Positions 54,778-64,000 of a stretch of DNA of 64,000 bases are shown here, in pieces (within the stretch, counting starts at the first letter, position 1; the number at the start of each line of letters is the position of its first letter). The position numbers and the translations under genes were made by a program. Source of the stretch: an uncultured Gemmatimonadota bacterium (GTDB lineage: Bacteria > Blakebacterota > Blakebacteria > Blakebacterales > CAYUVJ01); contig CAZFHZ010000002.1 of NCBI GenBank assembly GCA_964519015.1, positions 397 to 64,396 of the forward strand, given 5' to 3'. A model generated the notes under the pieces. That model had not been told where the DNA came from, made no database searches, and saw nothing but the letters and a program-made list of their open reading frames with translations.

Positions 54778-55965
54778 TCATCGGGCATGGGCGCCGGGGG
54801 TGGCCGCATCGCCGGCGGCGAGCACGCTCAGCGCCTCGGACAACGTCGCATAAATCAAGGCCAGATTGACGAAGCCGTCAACCTCCCCCCGGGCCTCGGC
54901 CACCGCCTCGATGGCCTTCAGAACGGCGGCGGGGGGAAGCCGTCGAGCGATCCCTTCGAGCCGTCCGGCCACGTCCGGGTTGAGCAGGGCCCCCTCCCCC
55001 GCCTGGATCGCGGCCAGGTCGCGGACCAGGCTGAGCAGTTCGTCGAGTACCGCGCGCGCCTGGTTCCAGGCGTCTCCGGCGCTGCGGAAGACCAGTCCCG
55101 AGGCGCGTTCGAGGGCTTGGAGCCGCCGCCCGGCAGCCGCTTCCTCGAGCAGCGCGAGCGCCTCCGCCCGCCCTGGTACTCCTTCCTCGAGAATGCGTAG
55201 GGCTCGCTTCAGGCTGCCCCGGGCGAGTTGGGCGGGATCGGGCCCGTCGCCGGTCTCCAGCCCCTGCCCGCGGAGCCAGGAGGAGATCACCTCCACCGGG
55301 AGCGGCCCGAAGGGGATGCTCTGGCAGCGCGAACGCACGGTCGGGAGCAGTGCTTCCGGCTGGGCGGTGGTCAGGATGAAAAGGGTCCGGGCAGGCGGTT
55401 CCTCGAGCGATTTCAGGAGCGTATTCTGCGCCTCCTCTCCCAGGCGCTCCGCCTCGCGGAAGATGATCACGCGCCACTGGGCCTCAACCGGGGGGTACCC
55501 CAGGCCGCGCAGTACGGCCCGCACATCCTTGATGCCGATTGAGAGGTTGCCTCCCTGTATATCGGGGTCACGCCACGGGTGCTCCGCCTTGAAACGGAGA
55601 GCCTCGGAAGGGTCAGCCGCTTCATCTTCCCGGGGGCGCGGCAGCGGCAGACGCACGATCACGTCGGGATGCAGGTAGCGGCCGATCCGCAGGCAGCTGC
55701 CGCAACTCCCGCAGCCGCCCAGCCGGGACTGCTCGTCCCGGCCTTCCAGCGGCGTGGGTGCGGGGGCCGGCGCGAAGAGGTCGGGGAGGGCACCCGCCGT
55801 CCAGGTGGTGCAGTTGAGCGCCTGCGCGAAGGCGAGGGCGGCCTCCTCCTTACCGGTCCCGGGCGGTCCATGGAAGAGGTAGGAGGGGGCGAAGCGCCCG
55901 GTGGCCAGGGCGCGCTCAAGGACGGCCCGGGCCCGGGCCTGATCGAGGAAGGCCCCGGCGCTCAC
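54778..55965 (-). CDS. holB: DNA polymerase III subunit delta'
   Basis: YLFHGPPGTGK, CGSCGSC...HPD, AQNTLLKSLEEPP, LLPTVRSRC. Confidence 0.9.
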   Translation of the reverse strand: MSAGAFLDQARARAVLERALATGRFAPSYLFHGPPGTGKEEAALAFAQALNCTTWTAGALPDLFAPAPAPTPLEGRDEQSRLGGCGSCGSCLRIGRYLHPDVIVRLPLPRPREDEAADPSEALRFKAEHPWRDPDIQGGNLSIGIKDVRAVLRGLGYPPVEAQWRVIIFREAERLGEEAQNTLLKSLEEPPARTLFILTTAQPEALLPTVRSRCQSIPFGPLPVEVISSWLRGQGLETGDGPDPAQLARGSLKRALRILEEGVPGRAEALALLEEAAAGRRLQALERASGLVFRSAGDAWNQARAVLDELLSLVRDLAAIQAGEGALLNPDVAGRLEGIARRLPPAAVLKAIEAVAEARGEVDGFVNLALIYATLSEALSVLAAGDAATPGAHAR

Positions 55966-57191
55966 CTTGGTACCCCCAGCCAGGGGATCGGGTCCTGCGC
56001 CTCACCCTCCTTGTAAATACTGAAACGGAGCAGGTTCCGGGCGTTACTCGGCTCATCCCCTACCGGGCGCAGGGTCATCCCCACCCCTCCCATCACCAGG
56101 CCGGCCGGGACGTAGTCACCCACGTCCACCTGCAGGTCACGGGTGTTGGTGTAGACGGTCATGTAGCCGTCCCCGTGGGCGAGGATGATCACCGTCCCCA
56201 TGTAGTTGAGCCATTCGATCCTGACCACCTGGCTGTTGTGTACCGCCAGGACGGAGGCGCGCGGATCGGTCATGATGTCGATCCCCGGTGAAGTGACCAC
56301 CGTGTTGTCACGTCCCCGCAGGCGGCCGAACCCCCGGACGATGCTCCCCGGACCGTTGGGGCTGCGCACCGGCCAGGGGAGCCGTCCCCGCATCTGGGGG
56401 AAGCCGGAGAGGGTGACGCCCCCCCGCTCGGCCAGCCGGCGTTGCTCATCGGCCAGTTCCCTGATGAGACGGTCGAGCTCGGCCTGGGCCTGCTGCTGGA
56501 CCTGCTGGACCTGCCGGGAGTCCCGGGCGATCCGGTCCAACTCCTGCTGCGACTGGCGTCGCTTTGCCTGGAGGCTGGTGCGGGTACGCTCCTGTATCTG
56601 GCGGTCCCGCTGCAGGGCGGTCAGCCGCCGGTTGACATCGGCCTGGGCCTCGGAGCGTTCCCCCCGCAACAGGAGCATCCGGTCAACATCGCGGCGCTGG
56701 CGGGCGGCCACCACGGTGATCCCCTTGAGGCGCCGCACCCCTTCGGTGAAACTCTCGCTGCCCAGTACCAGCTCCCAGCTCCGCCGCCGGCCGTGCTTGT
56801 AAAGGTCCACCAGGTAGGCGGCCACCCCTTCCTGGAGTCGTCCCATCCGGGCATCCAGTTGGGCGATCTCCCCCTGCAGGCGTTCCGCATCCCGGGTGTT
56901 GTTGCGGATCTGCTGGGCGAGTGCGTTCAGAAGCTGCTCCGACTTCACGATCTGGGTGCCCAGTTGCTTGAGGAGGGCCTGGGTGTCCCCCTGCTGCCGG
57001 ATCAGCCGGGCCTCCCTCGCCTCGGCATCCGCGAGTTCCCGGCGCAGCCGCTCGATCTTCTTCTCCAATTCCTCGAGCCGGGTGGGCTGCTGGGGGAAGG
57101 CAGGTCCGCCGGTCAGCACCAGCAGCCCGACGGTCAGCACCACCAGGCCGCACCGGGGACCGCGCCCGAGGGAACCGGTCAGGGTTCGCAC
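55962..57191 (-). CDS. envC: Murein hydrolase activator EnvC (coiled coil + M23-like domain)
   Basis: Signal peptide, long coiled coil, GRLPWPV, GIDI, G.VIILAHGDGY.TVY; follows ftsEX. Confidence 0.88.
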   Translation of the reverse strand: MRTLTGSLGRGPRCGLVVLTVGLLVLTGGPAFPQQPTRLEELEKKIERLRRELADAEAREARLIRQQGDTQALLKQLGTQIVKSEQLLNALAQQIRNNTRDAERLQGEIAQLDARMGRLQEGVAAYLVDLYKHGRRRSWELVLGSESFTEGVRRLKGITVVAARQRRDVDRMLLLRGERSEAQADVNRRLTALQRDRQIQERTRTSLQAKRRQSQQELDRIARDSRQVQQVQQQAQAELDRLIRELADEQRRLAERGGVTLSGFPQMRGRLPWPVRSPNGPGSIVRGFGRLRGRDNTVVTSPGIDIMTDPRASVLAVHNSQVVRIEWLNYMGTVIILAHGDGYMTVYTNTRDLQVDVGDYVPAGLVMGGVGMTLRPVGDEPSNARNLLRFSIYKEGEAQDPIPWLGVPR

Positions 57192-57195
57192 CCGC

Positions 57196-58050
57196 TCACA
57201 CCTCCAGGAACTGCTTCAGACTGACCTGGCTGCCGATCGCCCCGAGCACGGTGCCCATCCCGACCACGGCTAGGCTCCCCACCCGGGGGAGGAAGACCAC
57301 CCCTCCCAGCCCGGGGGCCGCATAGAGGAAGATCAGGTAGAGGAGCAGGAGGGAGAGGAGCGAGCCGGTCAGACCCTGGAGGGTCCCTTCGATCAGGAAG
57401 GGGAGCTTCACATAACGGTCGCTGGCCCCCACCAGTTTCATGATCTCGATGGCGTCCCGGCGTGCCCAGACCGTCAGCTTAACGGTGTTCGAGATGACGA
57501 ACACGCTGGCCAGGCTCACCACCAGGCCGATCAACACACTGACTGCCGAGAGGACCAGGATCAGGTCGTCGAGCCGGGTGATCCAGTTGCGCCCCCAGAC
57601 CACCTCGTCCACCCCGCTCAGGTCCTGGATACGGGTCGCCACCGACTCCACCCCGGCGGCGGTGCGCCGGTCCTCGGTGAGCTGGACGACGAAGGAGGCG
57701 GGGAGCGGGTTGCTCTCGAGCAGGGTCAGCAGACTGTCCCCGAACTCGGCCGCGAAGCGGGCCTGCGCCTGTTCCTTGGAGATGAAACGGACGGCCGCCA
57801 CCCCGGGGATGGTGGCGATCTCCCCCTGCAGGCGGCGGCGGGCCTCATCCGGGATCCCCTCTTCCAGGAAGGCCTCCACGTCCACCCGGGAGCGGACCTC
57901 CTGGAGCGCGAGCCGCACGTTGTAGGTCACCGTCAAAAAGAGACCGAAGACCAGCAGCGAGAGGCTGATGGTGCCCACCGCGACGGTGCTCATCAGCGGC
58001 ACGCGCCGGATCGACCGGAAGGCCTCGGTGGCTGCGTAGAGGAGCTTCAC
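57196..58050 (-). CDS. ftsX: Cell division permease FtsX
   Basis: 4-TM layout, FISKEQA..F, NPLPASF.V, ISNTVKLTVWARRDAIEIMKLVGA, PFLIEG. Confidence 0.95.
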   Translation of the reverse strand: MKLLYAATEAFRSIRRVPLMSTVAVGTISLSLLVFGLFLTVTYNVRLALQEVRSRVDVEAFLEEGIPDEARRRLQGEIATIPGVAAVRFISKEQAQARFAAEFGDSLLTLLESNPLPASFVVQLTEDRRTAAGVESVATRIQDLSGVDEVVWGRNWITRLDDLILVLSAVSVLIGLVVSLASVFVISNTVKLTVWARRDAIEIMKLVGASDRYVKLPFLIEGTLQGLTGSLLSLLLLYLIFLYAAPGLGGVVFLPRVGSLAVVGMGTVLGAIGSQVSLKQFLEV

Positions 58051-58730
58051 AGGCTCCCCCCCCGTCGCTCGAGGAGCACCCCATCCTCCAGGTGGGCCCG
58101 CCGGACGGGGAGCTGTTCGATCAGCCCCAGATTGTGGGTGGCCATCAGGACGGCGGTCCCCATGCGGTTGACTTTCTGGAAGAGCTCCACGATACCGGCT
58201 CCCGCTTCCTGGTCCAGGTTGCCGGTCGGTTCGTCCGCGAGCAGCAGGACCGGATCTCCCACCAGCGCCCGCGCGAGCGCGACCCGCTGCTGCTCACCCC
58301 CGGAGAGTTCACTCGGGAAGGCGTTCCGCTTGTGTCCCAACCCGACCTGGGTGAGGGCCCGGGTGGTCCGCTTGCGCACCTCCCGCATCGGGGTCCCGGT
58401 CACCTGGAGTGCGAAGGCGACGTTCTCGGAGGCGGTCCGTTCCCGGAGGAGCTTGAAGTCCTGGAAGAGTACGCCGATCCGGCGGCGCAGCAGCGGGATC
58501 TGGACCGGGCGGACGGTGTCGGTGCGCACGCCGTCCACGATCACCAGACCATCGGTCGGGTGTTCATCCATGTAGATGAGTTTCATGAGGGTGGACTTGC
58601 CCGATCCGGTGGCGCCGGTCAGGCAGACGAAATCCCCTCGTTCCATGATGAGGTTGACGTCGCGGAGGACCTCCACGACCCCGTACGACTTGGCGACATG
58701 ATAGATCTGGAGGAGCGACACCGGCATCAC
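58047..58730 (-). CDS. ftsE: Cell division ATP-binding protein FtsE
   Basis: GATGSGKST, RRRIGVLFQDFKLL, LSGGEQQRV, LADEPTGNLD, MATH. Confidence 0.95.
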   Translation of the reverse strand: MMPVSLLQIYHVAKSYGVVEVLRDVNLIMERGDFVCLTGATGSGKSTLMKLIYMDEHPTDGLVIVDGVRTDTVRPVQIPLLRRRIGVLFQDFKLLRERTASENVAFALQVTGTPMREVRKRTTRALTQVGLGHKRNAFPSELSGGEQQRVALARALVGDPVLLLADEPTGNLDQEAGAGIVELFQKVNRMGTAVLMATHNLGLIEQLPVRRAHLEDGVLLERRGGSL

Positions 58731-58791
58731 TCCGCTGCTCTTGGGGATCGTCGTCAGCCTGTAATGAAACGGCGGTGCCTGACAGCCCGTC

Positions 58792-59787
58792 TCAGCGCAC
58801 CCCTTGGCCCACGATCAGTTCATGGGCGAGCCGGGCAGCGGCCAGCATCGCAGATTCGGAGGCGATCCCCCGCCCGGCGATATCGAAGGCCGTTCCGTGG
58901 TCGGGGGAGGTGCGCACGATCGGCAACCCGAGGGTAACGTTCACTCCGGCGCCCGCCGCCTCCATCTTGACCGGCACCAGGCCCTGGTCGTGGAAGGGGG
59001 AGACCACGGCATGGTAGGAACTCCACTGCCGCCGGCCGAAGAAACTGTCGGCACTGAAGAGACCCTCCACCGCGATCCCCTCGGCCCGGGCCCGCTCCAG
59101 TGCGGGCTGGAGGACCTCCCGCTCCTCGCGGTCGGCTTCCGCGTGCATCCCCCCGTGCGGATTGAGGGCCAGCATCGCGATCCGCGGTTCAGGGAGGGCG
59201 AACCGGTGACGGAGGCCCTGGTCGAGGACCCGCAGCCGCTTGAGGATCCCTTCCAGTTCCAGTCCCTCCGCAACCTGCCGTACCGGCAGATGAGTGGTCA
59301 GCAGCGCCACCCGCAACCGGGCCCCCACCAGGAGCATGACCGGCATCTCGGCCCCCAGGCGCTCGGCCAGCCATTCGGTGTGTCCGGGGGCCTTCTCCCC
59401 CGCGGCGTGGAAGGCGGCCTTGTTCAGGGGAGCGGTGACCAGCGCCCTCCGGTCGGGTTCGGCCGCGACCAGGTCACAGGCGGTGCGCAACGAGGCGATG
59501 GCGATTTGTGCCGCCGGCACCGAGGTCCGTCCGGAGAAGAGCAGGACGCGGACCTCCTCGGAGCTCAGGGCACGCTCCACGGGGGGTTCGATGATCTCCA
59601 CCCCATGCGACTGGGGGGGGAGCACGCCGAGTTCGCGGGCGGCCAGTTCCCAGAAGGTGGTCGGTCCCACCACCGCCATGGGGACCTCCCAGCCGAGGCG
59701 GAGCGGGAGGAGGGCTTTCAGCACCACTTCCGGTCCGATCCCGGTGGGATCGCCCAGCGTGAAGATCAGTCGGGGAGGCTCGGCCAT
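58792..59787 (-). CDS. pdxA: 4-hydroxythreonine-4-phosphate dehydrogenase PdxA
   Basis: LGDPTGIGPEV, TAPLNK, GHTEWL, LNPH, HDQGL, NVTLGLPIVRTSPDHGTAFDIAG. Confidence 0.96.
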   Translation of the reverse strand: MAEPPRLIFTLGDPTGIGPEVVLKALLPLRLGWEVPMAVVGPTTFWELAARELGVLPPQSHGVEIIEPPVERALSSEEVRVLLFSGRTSVPAAQIAIASLRTACDLVAAEPDRRALVTAPLNKAAFHAAGEKAPGHTEWLAERLGAEMPVMLLVGARLRVALLTTHLPVRQVAEGLELEGILKRLRVLDQGLRHRFALPEPRIAMLALNPHGGMHAEADREEREVLQPALERARAEGIAVEGLFSADSFFGRRQWSSYHAVVSPFHDQGLVPVKMEAAGAGVNVTLGLPIVRTSPDHGTAFDIAGRGIASESAMLAAARLAHELIVGQGVR

Positions 59788-59788
59788 C

Positions 59789-61147
59789 TCAGCGTTTTTT
59801 AATCTCGACGTAGGTCTGGCGCCGCAACTCCTCGAACCAGTCCTGGACGGCGGCCTGGCGCCGTTCGTTCTGGACCTGGCTCTCCACCTGGGTGAACCGG
59901 TGCTGCAGGAGCTGGGCGATCACATCCTCGTCGAGGGCCACCCGCTGGACGAAATGGACACTGCTGCCCCCCTGGGCATCGGTCAGTTCGAGGGGTCCGG
60001 CCCACGTCCCGCTCTCCAGACCCTGGAGCGCCTGGACCCAGGCGGGGGTCAGGCCCGACCCGGTCGGGGAGATCGGGAGGCGTACGATGGCGAACAATCC
60101 CCCGCTGGTCACCGCGTCCGGCTCGTCGCTCCAGCGGGCGACCAGTTCGCGGAAGTCGGTCCCGGACACCAGTGCGGTGCGAACGGCCTCGATCGTGTCG
60201 GCCAGTGCCTGGAGGGCGTTCCCGCCACCCGAAGGCCGGATCAGAATGTGCCGCACGTGCACCTGGTCGGCGGTACGTTCCAGCACCTGGAGCAGGTGCC
60301 AGCCGAACGAGGAGCGGACGGGTTCGGAGACCTCGCCGACCGGCAGCGACCAGGCGACCGTCTCCACCGCCGCCACGTAGGTCCCCTTGGGGACGATGCC
60401 CAGGTCGCCCCCTTCCGGGGCGGAACCGGGGTCCTGGGAGAAGCGTCGGGCCAGATCGGCGAAGTCCTCCCCCGTCTCCACGATCCGTCGTCTCAGGTCG
60501 ACGATCCGGGCCAGGGCGGCCGCATCGGGATCTCCCTCCGGACCGGGCGGGTCGAGCCGGATGTCCCGGAGCACCATGAGCTGATCACGGTTGGTACGTA
60601 GCCAGGCCGCGCCGTCCCGCCGGGAGACCGTGGTCGGCCTCCCGATGTTGGCCTGCTGCATGAGCTTCTGGCTCAATAGAAAGTTCTCCGCCTGACCGGC
60701 CATCCGGCGCCGGAACTCTGTCAGGGAGAGGCCTTCCGCCTGCAGGGCCTCCTGGAAGCCATCCTCTCCACCGAACCGCTCCCGGATCATCGCGATCTGG
60801 CTGTCGACCTGCCGGTCCACTTCGCTGCGGGTGACCAAGACCGAGTCGCGTCGGGCCTTGGCCAGGATGAGGGCGTTGTTGATCAACTCGTCCAGGACCT
60901 GGGTACGGAGCTGCTCCCGCTGCTGGGGGGTCAGGTTCTCCGGGTTCAGGCCCTGCTCGTAGGCGGCCTGGTTGAGGGCGAGTTCCACTTCGCTGCGCAG
61001 CACGATCTGGTTGCCCACCACGGCCGCGATCCCGTCGACCGGGACCCGCTGCCCGGGCTGCGGCTGCTGACCGGCGGCCGGGCGCCCGGGTGAACCCGCC
61101 GCCAGCAGGGCTCCCAGGAGGAGGAGGGTACCGGACCGGCGGCTCAC
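59789..61147 (-). CDS. surA: SurA-like peptidylprolyl isomerase/chaperone
   Basis: VDGIAAVVGNQIVLRSEV, FADLARRFSQDPGSAPEGGDLG, VSEPVRSSFGWHLLQV, VRHILI; immediately upstream of pdxA. Confidence 0.88.
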   Translation of the reverse strand: MSRRSGTLLLLGALLAAGSPGRPAAGQQPQPGQRVPVDGIAAVVGNQIVLRSEVELALNQAAYEQGLNPENLTPQQREQLRTQVLDELINNALILAKARRDSVLVTRSEVDRQVDSQIAMIRERFGGEDGFQEALQAEGLSLTEFRRRMAGQAENFLLSQKLMQQANIGRPTTVSRRDGAAWLRTNRDQLMVLRDIRLDPPGPEGDPDAAALARIVDLRRRIVETGEDFADLARRFSQDPGSAPEGGDLGIVPKGTYVAAVETVAWSLPVGEVSEPVRSSFGWHLLQVLERTADQVHVRHILIRPSGGGNALQALADTIEAVRTALVSGTDFRELVARWSDEPDAVTSGGLFAIVRLPISPTGSGLTPAWVQALQGLESGTWAGPLELTDAQGGSSVHFVQRVALDEDVIAQLLQHRFTQVESQVQNERRQAAVQDWFEELRRQTYVEIKKR

Positions 61148-62016
61148 GGCCGATCGCTCCCGCGTAATGTCCGCAGGGCCGTGTCGATGTCGATGGCGAC
61201 CTCCGAGTCCTCGAGGAGGCGGCTGAGCAGCTCCTCGAGCTTGATATTGCGCAGGTCGGCGGCCATGCGGGCCACGATGTCCTCCCGGACCTCGGCCAGT
61301 TCCCGGACCGTGCCCGCGTTCTGCCGCTGCTCCACCCGGATGAGCACGTACCCGGTCCCGATGCGGGTGGGTCGGCTGAGTACGCCCTCTGTCTGACGGA
61401 AGACGGTCGATCCCAGTTCCTCTCCCAGGTCGGCCTCGGTCATGAAACCCGAATCGAGCTCCGCGGCCAGAACCCCGAAGCTGGTGTCCACCGCTACCTC
61501 CTCGAGATCGCGGCCCGCCAAGATCGCGTCGCGGGCTCGCTGCGCGGTGGGACTGTCGCCGAACCAGAGGATGGCGACCCGTACTTCGTCCGTGGAGCGG
61601 CGGAACTCCTCCTGGTTGTTCAGATAGTAGTTCTCGACCTCGGAATCGGAGATGAGCGGATCGACGTCCAGCTCATCCTCCAGGAAGACGTCCACCAGGA
61701 TGCTCCGGGTGGCTTCCTCGAGCCGGTCACGAACCCGTCCGTCCTTGGCGTAGCCCATGCTGCGAGCGGCCTGCTGGAGCAGTTCGGTGCGGACCCAGCC
61801 GTTGACGAAGGCGAGCAGGTCCTGCCGGTCGGCCCGAGCCAGTACTTCGGCCGGGAGGCTCGTCCGCAGGTCCTCCAGGGTGAGGGTGGACCCGCCGACC
61901 CGGGCGATGACCGGAGAGGGGTCGGTGCCCCGGGAACAGGCGGAAGTCCACGGCAGCACCGCCAGGGCACCGATCAGCAGCGCGCTTCGCAGGGGATGGG
62001 GCCGGCAGCCGTTCAT
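61144..62016 (-). CDS. Parvulin-type peptidylprolyl isomerase lipoprotein
   Basis: Lipobox TSAC, VIARVGGSTLTLEDL, SRPTRIGTGY..I.V, RELAEVREDI. Confidence 0.8.
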   Translation of the reverse strand: MNGCRPHPLRSALLIGALAVLPWTSACSRGTDPSPVIARVGGSTLTLEDLRTSLPAEVLARADRQDLLAFVNGWVRTELLQQAARSMGYAKDGRVRDRLEEATRSILVDVFLEDELDVDPLISDSEVENYYLNNQEEFRRSTDEVRVAILWFGDSPTAQRARDAILAGRDLEEVAVDTSFGVLAAELDSGFMTEADLGEELGSTVFRQTEGVLSRPTRIGTGYVLIRVEQRQNAGTVRELAEVREDIVARMAADLRNIKLEELLSRLLEDSEVAIDIDTALRTLRGSDRP

Positions 62017-62025
62017 GAGGCCGGC

Positions 62026-63765
62026 CTATTCGCCCGGCGGATCGACAGGGTCGTTCGGCGGTTCGGTCCGGCCGGCCGTCCGGTTGGCCACCACTTCGGC
62101 GGCATACGAGCGGAGCAGATCTTCGTCCCGCCGAACCGGCCAGCGACGGCGGGCCTCGGTCAGGAAGGAATCTATCGCCGATGAACGCCACTCCATCCGC
62201 AATCGTTCCCGCAGGTTATCCCGAATTTCATCGAGGGTAACCACATGGGCCGGAGAGACGCCATCCACGCGGAAGACCGAGAAGCCGAGGGGGGTCTCCA
62301 CCACCGGACCCAGCTGCCCTTTCGCCACCTGGGAGGCCGCCTCGCCCAGCGGCGCCAGCTCGTCCCGGGCCAGGGGCGCCATCCGACCCCGCCGCTCGCG
62401 GAAGCCCTCCCGGATGGTGGCTTCCGCGGCCAGGTCGGCCAGATCCTCCCCCTGCTGCGCCCGGGCCAGGATACCCTCGGCCTCGGTGCGGGTGGCCAGC
62501 AGGACCTCGGTCAGCGCCCGGCGCTCCGGGATGTCGAACTCCTGCGGATGCTCCGTGTAATAGCGTTCCAGGTAGGCACCGTTGGGCACACCACGGGCGG
62601 CCTCGAGGATTCCCAGTTTATCGGCGTAGAGCTTACTGTTGGTGAAGCGCTCCAGGGCACTTCGGATTGAAGGGTCGCGGTCGAATCCCAGACGGCGGGC
62701 CTCGGCCGCCACTTCGTTGGTGATGACCCACTCGATGAACTGGTTCTGCCAGTCGGGCAGCGTGATGTTGTTATCCCGCGCCTGGGCGTTGACCAGCTCC
62801 AGCCGGTCGAGCAGGTCCTGGGCGGTGTAGGGTGTCCGGGTGGATTGGATCACCACCCGGCGGCCGTCCTCCGGGGAGAGTCGGGGGACCGGGTTGTTCC
62901 GCGGATCCTGTTCGAAGGATGCGCCGATCTTCTCGACCAGCCAGCGGAAGTGGTCCTGGTTGATCCCGTACCCCCCCTCCGACCAGATCCGGTTGACCAG
63001 TTTCTGTTCCCGGTCGTCCTGGCGGAGCGACATGATGCGAGCGCGGGCGTTGGCCCGTTCCAGCTCAGGTGAGCCAAGCTGTCGGTCCCGTTCCTCGGTG
63101 ATCTTGATGAAGTGGTATTCCGGCCCCGAGCGGAGCGGGCCATCCCAGGTGCCGACCGGGATGCTGTAGACGAGCGGTTCGAGGTCGGGGTAAGAGGGGA
63201 AGGGTCCCTGCCCCCAGCTCAGCCAGCCGAGGTCGCCGCCGTGTAGCAGGCGGCGAGGGTCGTCCGACTCGGCGAGGGCCAGTTCCCTCCAGTCAGCCCC
63301 CGACTCGAGCTGCTGCTGGATCTGTTGTGCTTTCCCAGCGGAGATGGTCACCATGTGCAGGACGTGGCGTTCCTTGAGGGAACGGGCCAGGAAGGTGTCC
63401 ACATCGGCCTCGGAGATACGGATCTGATCCACGATCTGGCGCTGCTTGTAGAGCCGGTTGAGCAGGTCCTTCTCGTGGTTGGCACGCGCCAGGCGGAAAG
63501 CCTCGGTGCGCTCGAGACCATCGGCGCGGCCCCCCTGTTCGATGAGGGTATAGCCGATCAGTTCATCGAGCCGCTGGCTCATCACCCGGTACTCATCCTC
63601 GACGCTGCGCTCGGCCGGTTGCGTCCGGTAGTACTCCATGAAACGGGTGAGGGTGATCGCGCGGGGACCGACCCGGGCCACGACCCGTTCCTGGCCGGAT
63701 CGTCCGCAGGCGGGGGCCAGCAAGAGCAGCAGGAGTAGCGGCGTCAGGCACTTGCTATCAGGCAT
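62026..63765 (-). CDS. Parvulin-type peptidylprolyl isomerase lipoprotein (two PPIase domains)
   Basis: Lipobox APAC, VVARVG...ITL, GGDLGW, PVVETPLGFSVFRV; ATG at 63765 (alternative GTG at 63774). Confidence 0.85.
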   Translation of the reverse strand: MPDSKCLTPLLLLLLLAPACGRSGQERVVARVGPRAITLTRFMEYYRTQPAERSVEDEYRVMSQRLDELIGYTLIEQGGRADGLERTEAFRLARANHEKDLLNRLYKQRQIVDQIRISEADVDTFLARSLKERHVLHMVTISAGKAQQIQQQLESGADWRELALAESDDPRRLLHGGDLGWLSWGQGPFPSYPDLEPLVYSIPVGTWDGPLRSGPEYHFIKITEERDRQLGSPELERANARARIMSLRQDDREQKLVNRIWSEGGYGINQDHFRWLVEKIGASFEQDPRNNPVPRLSPEDGRRVVIQSTRTPYTAQDLLDRLELVNAQARDNNITLPDWQNQFIEWVITNEVAAEARRLGFDRDPSIRSALERFTNSKLYADKLGILEAARGVPNGAYLERYYTEHPQEFDIPERRALTEVLLATRTEAEGILARAQQGEDLADLAAEATIREGFRERRGRMAPLARDELAPLGEAASQVAKGQLGPVVETPLGFSVFRVDGVSPAHVVTLDEIRDNLRERLRMEWRSSAIDSFLTEARRRWPVRRDEDLLRSYAAEVVANRTAGRTEPPNDPVDPPGE

Positions 63766-64000
63766 TGAGACCACTCAGGTCACGGTCAAAAGCGCTTTCG
63801 AGTGAAGCAAGGTACCCGGCCTCTTCCGACGTCAGCAAGCGGTTTCTGGCCGCCCGCAGGCGCTCGAGCGGCTCCCGGACGGCCAGCCGGACGCGGAAGC
63901 GGAGAGGTGCCTCGCCGGCGAATCGCACGTCGGTACCCAGGCGGGCGAGCAGGGCCTCCCACCCGGAACGTTCCAGGACGCGATCGGGTGGGAAGCGCCC
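63758..64000 (-). CDS. 3' end of a gene entering the window, probably transcription-repair coupling factor Mfd
   Basis: An open frame of 80 codons (GRFPPDRV...VRFAGEAPLRFRV...SGLNA*) ends at a stop overlapping the next gene. The Mfd call rests on the common mfd-PPIase-surA-pdxA synteny, not on a motif. Confidence 0.45.
   Translation of the reverse strand, partial: GRFPPDRVLERSGWEALLARLGTDVRFAGEAPLRFRVRLAVREPLERLRAARNRLLTSEEAGYLASLESAFDRDLSGLNA

Noticed and set aside
1-64000. CRISPR array, rRNA, transposase or integrase
   Set aside because: No regularly spaced repeat-spacer units, rRNA signatures, or DDE/tyrosine-recombinase motifs were found.

Overview
64 kb high-GC chromosomal window from a diderm bacterium (lipoprotein signals, Wza, SurA-like foldases, GT9 enzymes). 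The gene content suggests an uncultured FCB-adjacent lineage, but that is inference only. Order from left to right: partial lamin-tail-domain protein, tsaD, YbbR/CdaR-like protein and a small Zn-ribbon protein (minus); cstA; an AbrB-type antitoxin/PIN toxin/metallophosphoesterase trio; dksA-like, dnaK and hsp20 (minus); an orphan excisionase-like HTH and a GT2 fusion; an operon of three membrane-fusion proteins plus one MacB-type permease with no ATPase; ggt-thiD; a ~23 kb Wzx/Wzy-type surface polysaccharide locus (20.4-43.0 kb); TPR and metabolic genes with mrp; four tRNAs (Glu, His, Arg, Pro) plus a degenerate tRNA-Glu 3' copy; and a long housekeeping run (rdgB, rsmA, tatD, metG, holB, envC, ftsX, ftsE, pdxA, three PPIases, probable 3' end of mfd). 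No CRISPR array, rRNA, transposase or integrase was seen. The strongest candidates for an undescribed system are (i) the polysaccharide locus, where Wzc carries an extra TM plus SPOR domain alongside a stand-alone ExeA-like ATPase, an exported PHP-like protein and an HD-GYP protein, and (ii) the triple-adaptor, ATPase-less MacB-like exporter. All product calls come from motif recognition by eye; no database searches were run.
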